DNA from: Frankiaceae bacterium
GTDB lineage: Bacteria > Actinomycetota > Actinomycetes > JADGOU01
Reading direction: 5' to 3'
Assembly (NCBI GenBank): GCA_017882835.1
Contig: JADGOU010000001.1
Span: forward strand, 1 to 35,736
Length of the DNA: 35,736 nt
Within the stretch, counting starts at the first letter, position 1; each line of letters begins with the position of its first letter. Below the pieces are notes generated by a model. It saw only the letters and a program-made list of their open reading frames with translations, made no database searches and was not told the DNA's origin. Position numbers and translations under genes: made by a program. Below are positions 1 to 6,696 of the stretch, piece after piece.

Positions 1-359
1 TGAGGTGGCTCGAAGGAGCTGAGCCCGCGGCTACGGCCGTGGACGAGGTGATGCCTGACCACCCGATCATGAGCTGGATCAACGTGGGCGAGGTCTACTA
101 CGTGACCCGCCGGCTCGCCGGTGCCAACGAGGCCGACGACATCGTCCGGCGGATGCGCGCGGTCGTGGACCTCGACCTCCCCAGCGCCGACCGGATCATG
201 GCCGCGGCGAGAATCAAGGCTCAACACCCCCTTGCCTACGCCGATGCCTTCGCGGTGGCCACCACGCTGGCGTACGACGCCGTCCTTTACACCGGCGACC
301 CGGAGATCCTCGAGGCGACCGCCGGGTGGCCGGTGCGGGACTTGCGCAGCAGCGGCTGA
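1..359 (+). CDS. PIN-domain toxin (VapC-like), 5' end cut by the window edge
   Basis: Track ORF 39..359, but the frame stays open back to nt 3. The translation ..WLEGAEPAATAVDEV..MSWINVGEVYY..AYADAFAVATTLAYDAVLYTGDPEI follows the usual PIN-toxin layout (EPGA..V, N-x-x-E-V, late acidic residues, T-x-D). About 15 N-terminal residues, including the first catalytic Asp, are missing from the window. Confidence 0.65.
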   Translation, partial: RWLEGAEPAATAVDEVMPDHPIMSWINVGEVYYVTRRLAGANEADDIVRRMRAVVDLDLPSADRIMAAARIKAQHPLAYADAFAVATTLAYDAVLYTGDPEILEATAGWPVRDLRSSG

Positions 360-607
360 CGAGCAGCATCCGTCAATACCGGAGCGACGCCAGGGACGCA
401 TTCGTGCTGGCCAACATCTTGCCGATCCACATCGCCGCCGACGAGCTCGACCTGCATCCGCTCGTCGACGTCGCCCGCCGACACCAGCTCAGCGCGTACG
501 ACGCCGCCTACTTCGCGCCGGCGGCCCGGCAAGGCCTGGCGCTCGCCACGCACGACAGCCAGCTGGCCGCGCGGGCGACCACGGCGGGAGCCCCGCTGCT
601 GTCGTGA
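326..607 (+). pseudogene. C-terminal half of a second PIN-domain toxin; N-terminal half absent
   Basis: The 93-aa ORF ends ..[50 protein letters not shown], the classic PIN C-terminal block (LtaYDAaYlaLA..g.pLaT.D..La.aA). There is no upstream D-x-S/T N-terminal block in any frame. Its 3' end overlaps the convergent decayed PIN gene. Confidence 0.5.
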
Positions 608-1049
608 CCGCCGCCGCCCGCTCGGCAGCAGGCGAGCACCGTCGCGGCCAGGGTCAGCCGCTCCACCACTTGGCCCGTGATCTCAGCGATGAGATCGAAG
701 TCGTTGTCCCGGTGCAGGACGACGAGGCCCGCAAGCTCTGCTGCCGCCGCGAGCAACAGGTCCGGTACCGAGGGCGCGCGGTGCCGGCCTCGGTCAGCGA
801 GCAGCAGCTGGATCTCCACCGCCCGGTCCTCCGCCGCCGGGGTGAGGTGCTCCCGAGGCATGGCGGACAGCGGCACCTGCCGGCTCGCGGTGCGCAGCTC
901 GGGGCCAATCGTGCGGAGAAACCCACCTCGAGCAGCGTCACCGTGCCGATGCGCAGCAAGCCGCGATCGAGCCGCTCGGCCCACAGGGACGCGTCCTGAT
1001 TGCTCGACAGCCGCACCAGTGCTGACTTGTCGATCAGCCAGGTGGTCAC
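508..1049 (-). pseudogene. Frameshifted PIN-domain toxin (VapC-like)
   Basis: The N-terminus [31 protein letters not shown] lies in the frame of ORF 654..1049. The rest, ..[69 protein letters not shown], lies in the frame of ORF 508..984. The switch is near nt 905-912. The C-terminal frame also runs on without a natural-looking stop into the opposing PIN fragment. The start is GTG 1049 in a GTGA overlap with the upstream ORF. Confidence 0.6.
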
Positions 1050-1264
1050 TCCCAGGCCGCGCGCATGATGTCTGGATCAGCCAGCTCGGAGAACTGCACA
1101 GCGAAGATCTCCGGGTCCTGCGTCATGACAGGGCGCAGGGGCGTCACAGCCTCCTGCACCAAGCGCCGGCGGAGGTACTCCGGTGGCGAGCAGGATGACG
1201 TCCGCCTCGACCTCGACCACCGGGCCGCCCGCCGCCGGTTCGGCCGGCACCCGGCGCGGGTCAC
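1046..1264 (-). pseudogene. Probable remnant of the cognate antitoxin of the frameshifted PIN gene
   Basis: The ORF ends 4 nt into the PIN start (GTGA). Only the C-terminal ..PPEYLRRRLVQEAVTPLRPV.. looks protein-like. The N-terminal part is Arg-rich nonsense, and a more plausible continuation (PVVEVEADVILLATG) lies in another frame. Confidence 0.3.
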
Positions 1265-1401
1265 GCAGCCGACCCGCGTCGCTGATCAGCCGCAGCGGGA
1301 CCGGCCTCGCCCAGCGCGTGCCACATCGCGATTTGCCCCTGCACGGCCGCCCCCGCCCCCGCCCGGCCTCGAAATGCCCAGCGAGCCGGCCCTGGTCAGC
1401 C

Positions 1402-1773
1402 CTATACGCGGAAGATGACGAGACTGGGATCGAGTCGACGTAAGTCCGTCGGGTCACTAGTGACGACGGGCGTGTGCTGTTCGCGGGCGGTCAGCGCGAC
1501 GGATGAGTCGACGACATCGTGCGTCCCGGACGCCGCGCAAAGCAGTCCAACGGCACGAGCACGTTGGCCATCGAGTACGACGATCTGCGTCCCGCGAGCG
1601 TTGAGGATACGTGCGAGCCGCACTTGGCGTGCGCTTCGCCACGCCTGCGCCACGACGCCGGCCGGCACGAACGCTGATCCTCCCGAGGCCACGACGCGAT
1701 CGAGGAGAGCACGCAAGCGCTCATCGCCACGATCGACCGCTATGAGCGCTCCAGTATCGAGGGTCACGCTCAC
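1402..1773 (-). CDS. vapC: PIN-domain toxin (VapC-like), intact
   Basis: 123 aa. MSVTLDTGALIAVDRGDERL.. (D-T-x-x-L-I N-terminal PIN motif), later ..GTHDVVDSSVALTAREQHTPVVTSDPTDL (acidic D, T-S-D). GTG 1773 overlaps the stop of the upstream antitoxin (GTGA). Confidence 0.8.
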   Translation of the reverse strand: MSVTLDTGALIAVDRGDERLRALLDRVVASGGSAFVPAGVVAQAWRSARQVRLARILNARGTQIVVLDGQRARAVGLLCAASGTHDVVDSSVALTAREQHTPVVTSDPTDLRRLDPSLVIFRV

Positions 1774-2018
1774 GCGGTGGGTGTCGGGTCGGCAGCCAGT
1801 ACGGAATCGGCCCAGGCGTAGGCCTCCGCAGAAGGTGGGCCTAGTTCGCGGGCCAGGTCTGCGAGGACATCGGCGAGCGTCTCCTCGCGTTCGCGTTGAG
1901 CGAGAGCTTGTGAGACGTACGCCGAGACACTGGCCGAGCGTCCCTCGCTGACTGCTTGTCGCGCTGCGGCGACCTGCTCCGATGGTAGAGAAATCGCCAA
2001 CTTGACGGTCCGGGTCAT
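1770..2018 (-). CDS. vapB: Ribbon-helix-helix antitoxin (VapB/CopG-like)
   Basis: Track ORF 1770..2201 trimmed to ATG 2018. MTRTVKLAISLPSEQVAAARQAVSEGRSASVSAYVSQALAQRE.. is the beta-strand/helix/helix pattern of RHH antitoxins. It is translationally coupled to the PIN gene. Confidence 0.7.
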   Translation of the reverse strand: MTRTVKLAISLPSEQVAAARQAVSEGRSASVSAYVSQALAQREREETLADVLADLARELGPPSAEAYAWADSVLAADPTPTA

Positions 2019-2343
2019 ACCGGAATCATACCTTGTCCGAGCATCGCTGTCCCTTCCGCCCGAGCACGTCGCCAACGCCGCTTCGGTCTTTAGGCGCCAT
2101 CGCTGGCTACGGCGCCTTGAAGACGCCGTGACCCCCGCCGCACCACCATCGGCAGCGCACCTCCCCGTCGACGGTGACCAACTCGAACGTGGCTCGCCCA
2201 TCGGGGGTAGCGAGCGACCAGGTCATTTCCCAGACCAGACAGGGCGACTGATGATCGTTGTGCCCGGCACTGCCTATCGTCGCAGGTCAGAGGGGGTAAA
2301 AGAGCATTCGTTGCGAAAGCAACTAGGCTCGAAAACGGCCGCC

Positions 2344-2364
2344 GTGCCCGCTACGTGCCCGTAG
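2344..2364. repeat. Left copy of a 21-bp imperfect direct repeat (gtgYccgctacgtgccYgtag)
   Basis: gtgcccgctacgtgcccgtag here versus gtgtccgctacgtgcctgtag at 2562..2582, 19/21 identical. Related agaaggg-NN-gcgtg motifs occur at 2383, 2551 and 2611. Confidence 0.8.
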
Positions 2365-2420
2365 TCGCCAGTCTTGGTAGTCAGAAGGGCCGCGTGGTCG
2401 TCAGCTGCCGCTCGCTCGTA

Positions 2421-2445
2421 CAGCGGCCCAGGTCACAGTTCGCCG
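2421..2445. repeat. Left copy of a 25-bp direct repeat bracketing the hipBA segment
   Basis: cagcggcccaggtcacagttcgccg here versus caacggcccaggtcacagttcgccg at 4525..4549. The 22-bp core is identical (24/25 overall), in the same orientation. Confidence 0.9.
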
Positions 2446-2553
2446 ATGCTGAACGCGATGATCGCCGGCGAACGCGACCCGCGGGTGCTCGCGCAGTTGG
2501 CCCGGACCCGGATGCGCTCCAAGATCCCCGAGCAAGAACGATTCGACGCGAGA
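2446..2553 (+). mobile_element. Internal fragment (about 36 codons) of an IS110-family transposase; relic
   Basis: MLNAMIAGERDPRVLAQLARTRMRSKIPEQERFDAR matches the linker region I know from IS110-family transposases (..ML.ALIAGERDP.VLA.LA.GRMR.KIP.L.EAL.GRFD.HH). Neither the DEDD N-domain nor the C-terminal domain is present. Confidence 0.55.
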
Positions 2554-2561
2554 AGGGTTGC

Positions 2562-2582
2562 GTGTCCGCTACGTGCCTGTAG
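2562..2582. repeat. Right copy of the 21-bp imperfect direct repeat
   Basis: See 2344..2364. The two copies bracket the IS110 fragment and the left 25-bp repeat. Confidence 0.8.
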
Positions 2583-2632
2583 CTGCGGAGCGTACCGCGA
2601 CGTGGATGGCGAGAAGGGCTGTCGATCCGAGG

Positions 2633-2654
2633 GCACCTGGTCACGGGCAGGTGC
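2633..2654 (-). terminator. Hairpin immediately after the hipA stop (no U-tract)
   Basis: gcacctg-N8-caggtgc gives a 7-bp stem starting 3 nt past the hipA stop. Only a weak call, because no T-run follows on the minus strand. Confidence 0.3.
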
Positions 2655-2656
2655 AC

Positions 2657-3898
2657 TCAGGCGTCGGCAGCGTTGGCGAGAGCCGCGAACGCCGGCTCCA
2701 TCGCCGCGATCTCGGAGGCGGGGAGCTGGTGGAGTCCGGCGACGTGGCGCCATCGGCTCACCGCGGCTGCCACCTCCCGCATCGTCGCTCGGGCCTGGGC
2801 CTCGGAGAGCCGGAAGTACTCGGCGACGGAGAGGGCGGAGGACAGACTGGCACTGTCGTCGGCGTCGCCGATCGCGGTGCTGAGGTACTTGGGGCCGGGG
2901 GCCGGGTTCGGATTGAGGTCGAATGCCGGCGCGAGACGCCACACGTCGCCGCGCTCGTGGAGGAATCCGTGGTTGCGCAGGTGGTCGTCGGTGTTCGAGA
3001 TTAGAACGGACAGCACGATGCGTCGCCATAGTTGATGCAGCTCCGCTGTGGCGCGCGCGGAGGAGTTCTCGATGACCTCCGCGATCTCGAGGTAGCTGCG
3101 CTGGTCACCGTCGGATGCCTCGAGCATCGTCATCGCGCTGACGTAGCCGATCCGGTCAGCTGTGCTGGTGCGGTCGAACCGGTCGATGACCAGGACGTTA
3201 CGGCCGGCGAGGTTCAGCAGCCGCGACGGTGGCACGTCGATGCCCGAGCGTTCGGCGAGGTCGAGGGCGACCTTCTCCCAGGCCATCACGTTCCACGTGT
3301 CGTGGTTGGCGCTGGGGAACTTCGCGATCGCGATCCGGCCGTTGTTGTCGAGCACGTGCGTCTTCGGGCGGGCTCCACCCAGGGAACTGCCGACACGGAT
3401 GAGGCGTTGCAGGTCGGCCAGATCGGCGGTGTCGCTATCGGCACGAGCCGCCAGGTCCAGCAACGCGGGCAGGTCGGTCAGCGCAGGCACGCCGGTGTCG
3501 TCGCTGGCGAGGAACTCATCGGCACCAGCGCGGAACCGCAGGGCGCCCTGGCGCAGGTCGTCCCGCACACCCAGCAGATAGTCGATCTCGCCGAGGGTCC
3601 GGGTGGCCCGCCCGTCGGCGCGGGCGAGCGCGGCTTCGCGGCGGGTGAGCAGGGTCCGTCCCCAGCGGTCAGGTGCGCAGTCGGTGAGGGCCCCAAACAA
3701 TGCCCTGCCCACCCGTGTCTGCAGCGCGCCGCTCGTGAGGGGGAGTTCCGGGTCGAGTGCGTAGGTGCCCGGGGTGCCGAGGTAGGTGGAGGTGTAGGTG
3801 AAGGTGGCGGACTCGAGACCGCGGCGCCGGTGCGAGTACAGGGTGCCGGCGAGGACATCGTCGCCGCCCACAGCGACGTAGACCTGCACCTCGGTCAC
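2657..3898 (-). CDS. hipA: HipA-family serine/threonine kinase toxin
   Basis: 413 aa. It has the N-terminal coupling region, SSLGGARPKTHV, IDRFDR, the catalytic loop NTDDHLRNHGF and APAFDLNPNP. GTG 3898 overlaps the hipB stop (GTGA). Confidence 0.9.
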   Translation of the reverse strand: MTEVQVYVAVGGDDVLAGTLYSHRRRGLESATFTYTSTYLGTPGTYALDPELPLTSGALQTRVGRALFGALTDCAPDRWGRTLLTRREAALARADGRATRTLGEIDYLLGVRDDLRQGALRFRAGADEFLASDDTGVPALTDLPALLDLAARADSDTADLADLQRLIRVGSSLGGARPKTHVLDNNGRIAIAKFPSANHDTWNVMAWEKVALDLAERSGIDVPPSRLLNLAGRNVLVIDRFDRTSTADRIGYVSAMTMLEASDGDQRSYLEIAEVIENSSARATAELHQLWRRIVLSVLISNTDDHLRNHGFLHERGDVWRLAPAFDLNPNPAPGPKYLSTAIGDADDSASLSSALSVAEYFRLSEAQARATMREVAAAVSRWRHVAGLHQLPASEIAAMEPAFAALANAADA

Positions 3899-4236
3899 GG
3901 AGCTCTCCGGCGGCGGACACGTTCGGGCAGGGCCTCGTCGGCGCGGAGCCGGCCGAGGTCAGTGGCGTAGGGGTCGAGGGCGTCGCTGAGCACGTCGAGC
4001 ACGCCCAGTGCCCGGGCGACGCGCAGGACGTTCTCCAGGGTGGCGCCGTCGCCGCGCTCCAACCGCAGCACGGTGTTCACCCCGACGCCGGCCCGGTCGG
4101 CGACCTCAGTGGCAGTGAGGTGGCGCAGCTTGCGCCACGTGTTGAGGTCCTCGCCGAGCCTACGTAGCGAGCGGGACACCGCAGCCGGGGTTCTGCTCGT
4201 CGCTATTGTTGCCTCCTCAGATACTATAAATGGCAT
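3895..4236 (-). CDS. hipB: HipB-like XRE-family HTH antitoxin
   Basis: LRHLTATEVADRAGVGVNTVLRLERGDGATLENVLRVARALG is a Cro/C1-type HTH, directly upstream of and coupled to hipA. The start is uncertain. The first 14 codons from ATG 4236 are AT-rich and atypical for this genome, and an in-frame GTG (VSRSLRRLGEDL..) lies 18 codons downstream. Confidence 0.8.
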   Translation of the reverse strand: MPFIVSEEATIATSRTPAAVSRSLRRLGEDLNTWRKLRHLTATEVADRAGVGVNTVLRLERGDGATLENVLRVARALGVLDVLSDALDPYATDLGRLRADEALPERVRRRRAP

Positions 4237-4238
4237 AC

Positions 4239-4254
4239 TATCTAGGTTAGGATA
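4239..4254. promoter_or_regulatory. Candidate HipB operator (TATC-N8-GATA) in the AT-rich hipBA leader
   Basis: tatctaggttaggata is an inverted repeat that abuts ATG 4236. It resembles the E. coli hipBA operator TATCC-N8-GGATA. ATACTAT occurs twice at 4222-4241, and there is a TAACCT (TAnnnT) hexamer 7 nt upstream of the ATG. Confidence 0.3.
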
Positions 4255-4524
4255 CCATCTTTGGGCGACTTACGCTGTCGGCTCAGGGTGAGGAGGACCC
4301 GATGGTGTTCATGCGCGCATTGGCCTCGTCCCGGATCGGGTCCTGCAGGACCGCGGTGTCGCTCAGGCCGACCGCGTGGATGAGTTGGTACGCCAGGCCG
4401 GCCAGAGTGACACTGGTCGGGACCTGGGCCGCCACCGTTTCGCGCAGAGGTCTGAGCGGACCGCTCTTCCCAAGCGAAACGGGTTGTCGATGTCGGCGAC
4501 GAACGGCGCGGCTGCGGCCATCTG

Positions 4525-4549
4525 CAACGGCCCAGGTCACAGTTCGCCG
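4525..4549. repeat. Right copy of the 25-bp direct repeat bracketing the hipBA segment
   Basis: See 2421..2445. The copies are spaced 2104 bp apart. Confidence 0.9.
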
Positions 4550-4669
4550 TCGCGACAAACCCGCCTGGACGGCCACCGCAGCTTGCCTCGAGGCCCCGCC
4601 CGATCCGGGCCACTTCTGCTTGCTGCTCGCGCCCGGTGCACAGCGTCTAGGGCTGGTGGATGTAGGGGT

Positions 4670-4681
4670 TTAGTTAGTTAG
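4670..4681. repeat. (TTAG)3 microsatellite giving stops in all six frames
   Basis: ttagttagttag gives TAG in three plus frames and, read as CTAA x3, TAA in three minus frames. It sits in a locally AT-richer patch between the toxin-antitoxin patch and ftsQ. Confidence 0.9.
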
Positions 4682-4861
4682 ATGGGCCAGACCCGGCTGG
4701 CGACGACACGTTCATACTCGCAGTCGCGGACATATGAAGACCGCTGGAAGCCGCGTGGGTATTGGTTACTAGCCACCACTGCCTGCGTATTGGTCGGCGC
4801 GACCGCCGGCTTCGAGAGTTCGCCAGCGACCGAGACCGCCGGCGCGTCAGCACAGATTGCC

Positions 4862-4882
4862 GGCGTCGCGTCGCTCGACGCC
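4862..4882 (-). terminator. Hairpin 3 nt after the ftsQ stop (no U-tract)
   Basis: ggcgtcg-cgtcgct-cgacgcc gives a 7-bp GC stem and 7-nt loop. This would mark the end of the dcw transcription unit if it is functional. Confidence 0.3.
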
Positions 4883-4885
4883 GCC

Positions 4886-5602
4886 TCAGCGGGTGGTGAC
4901 CACGTCCGGCGTGCTGACGTCGTAGTGCGAGACCGGCCGCAGCTTCAGCAGCGCCTGCAGGGCCGCAGACTTTCTCCCGGCGTCTCGGGTGTCCCCCCAG
5001 GCGACCACGGCACCACCGCGCAAGGTCAACGACACCGCTGTCGGCGACGGTGCAGCCACCGTCCGGACCTGCCCCGCCAGCTCACGAGGAAGTTCACTGA
5101 CCACGGTCAGCGCCGCGGCCGTCACGGGGTCGTGCGGGTCGGCGGCGGCAACATCGAGGACCGGTACGCCGGGTGGCGCGGCTGGCGCCGAACCGAAGAC
5201 CACGCCGATGCGGTCCACCAGCGCCACGCCGCCCCCCGGTAGCACCAGCACCGCCGCCGGCTGGCGCTCGGTGACCCGCAACCGCAGCGTGGCCGGCCAA
5301 CGCCGCTGGACAGCAACGGCGGCCACCGGCGGCAGCTCGCCGACCCGGCGGCGAACGCCCGCGGTGTCCACCCGCAGCAGCGGCACACCGGTCCGCACGG
5401 CCGCCGCGGCCCGCACCTGCGCTGGCGAGACCTGCCGCGCGCCGGCGACCTCGACCCGGCGTACCGCCAGCAGCGGTGCAAAGGTCAGCAGCCAGCCGAT
5501 GGTGAGCACCGCCGCGACCACCGCGACGGCCAGCACCCGGCTTCGTCGGGGACCCCACTGTCGGCCCCGTCGGAAGCGCACGCTGCTCACCGGATCGCTC
5601 AC
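4886..5602 (-). CDS. ftsQ: Cell division protein FtsQ
   Basis: Track ORF 4886..5818 trimmed to GTG 5602 (GTGA overlap with the murB stop); GTG 5590 is an alternative start. It has a basic N-tail, one TM helix (VLAVAVVAAVLTIGWLLTF), then a POTRA-like LLAVRRVEVAGARQVSPAQV. It is the last gene of the dcw cluster. Confidence 0.85.
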   Translation of the reverse strand: MSDPVSSVRFRRGRQWGPRRSRVLAVAVVAAVLTIGWLLTFAPLLAVRRVEVAGARQVSPAQVRAAAAVRTGVPLLRVDTAGVRRRVGELPPVAAVAVQRRWPATLRLRVTERQPAAVLVLPGGGVALVDRIGVVFGSAPAAPPGVPVLDVAAADPHDPVTAAALTVVSELPRELAGQVRTVAAPSPTAVSLTLRGGAVVAWGDTRDAGRKSAALQALLKLRPVSHYDVSTPDVVTTR

Positions 5603-6696
5603 CGGGCCGAAGCCCGCACCGACGCCGCGGGTTGGGCGGCGAACCGGCCGACGACTCGGACTTCGGGGACCAGCCACGGACCGCCGTTGGCGGCCACCGC
5701 CGCCCGCACCTGCGTGATCAGGTCCAGGACATCTTGGGCGCCGGTGCCCGGGGACACCACGATGAAGTTGGCGTGCTTGTCCGAGACCCGGGCACCACCG
5801 CGCCGCCGGCCCTTGCACCCGGCCGCCTCCACCAGCCGACCGGCCGAGTCGCCGTCTGGATTGGTGAACACCGACCCACAGTTGCGTTCGCGCAGCGGCT
5901 GGGTGGCGCGCCGCCAGGCCCGCAGGTTGTCTAGTCGGGCGCGGATGCGGGCCGGATCGTCCGACACCAGCCGGAACCGGGCGCCGGTCACCACCGCGCG
6001 GGGCGGCAACGCCGAGTGCCGGTAACCGAAACCGAGCGCGCTGCCCGGCTCCACCCGGACCTCACCGCCGATGGGCATCAGCTCGGCCGTGAGCAGTCGG
6101 TCGGCCACCTGGCCGCCGTGGGCGCCGGCGTTCATCCGTACGCAACCACCCACGCTGCCGGGGATGCCGGCGCCGAACTCCAGGCCGCCGAGCGACTCCT
6201 TCGCCGCCCAAGCGGCCAACGCGGGCATCGCGACCGCCGCTCCGGCGTCCACATCCACGCCGCCCCCATCCACGCCGCCCCCATCCACGCCTAGCCCCGC
6301 CGGCGTACCGCCAGCGACCCGACGGAGCTCCTTGAAGCCCCGCCCGAGCCGCAGCACCAGGCCGGGGAACCCGGCGTCCGAGATCAGCACGTTTGACCCC
6401 CGTCCGAGCACCAGCACCGGGACCTCGTCGTCGCCAGTGCCGGCCAGCGCTCGCTGCACCACTGCCAGCGCCGCCCGGTCGGTCGGCTCGACGAACCCGG
6501 CCGCCGGGCCGCCGATGCCAAAGGTCGTCAGCGGACCGAGGAGCCGGTCCTGTTCGACGGCGACCCCGCCGGCGCGAATCCGGGCGATCGTCTCCGCCAC
6601 CAGTACGGGATCGGCAGTCGGCTCCCAGTACGCCGGCACCGCCGAAGCCGGCGCGGTTGCCGCCATGGCCGCCGAGGCCCGCGCCCCCGACGTCAC
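5599..6696 (-). CDS. murB: UDP-N-acetylenolpyruvoylglucosamine reductase MurB
   Basis: 365 aa. TFGIGGPA and LGRGSNVL (FAD-binding domain), RMNAGAHGG, CGSVFTNP, VSDKHANFIV. GTG 6696 overlaps the murC stop; ATG 6666 is an alternative start. Confidence 0.85.
   Translation of the reverse strand: MTSGARASAAMAATAPASAVPAYWEPTADPVLVAETIARIRAGGVAVEQDRLLGPLTTFGIGGPAAGFVEPTDRAALAVVQRALAGTGDDEVPVLVLGRGSNVLISDAGFPGLVLRLGRGFKELRRVAGGTPAGLGVDGGGVDGGGVDVDAGAAVAMPALAAWAAKESLGGLEFGAGIPGSVGGCVRMNAGAHGGQVADRLLTAELMPIGGEVRVEPGSALGFGYRHSALPPRAVVTGARFRLVSDDPARIRARLDNLRAWRRATQPLRERNCGSVFTNPDGDSAGRLVEAAGCKGRRRGGARVSDKHANFIVVSPGTGAQDVLDLITQVRAAVAANGGPWLVPEVRVVGRFAAQPAASVRASAR
6252..6291. repeat. 15-bp in-frame tandem repeat (about 2.7 copies) inside murB
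   Basis: catccacgccgcccc occurs twice plus a partial third copy. It encodes GVDGGGVDGGGVDV. Confidence 0.9.

Noticed and set aside
2107-2226. 39-aa minus-strand ORF MTWSLATPDGRATFELVTVDGEVRCRWWCGGGHGVFKAP with high GC3
   Set aside because: It is too short, has no usable SD, and its odd Cys/Trp-rich end suggests a truncated gene stub. I cannot support calling it a gene.
4682-5242. 186-aa plus-strand ORF starting after the (TTAG)3 motif, with a hydrophobic segment LLATTACVLVGATAGF
   Set aside because: It has no SD. It would overlap the 3' end of ftsQ antisense for more than 350 nt, and beyond nt 4886 it is Arg-rich antisense noise. At most it is the orphaned 5' stub of a disrupted gene.
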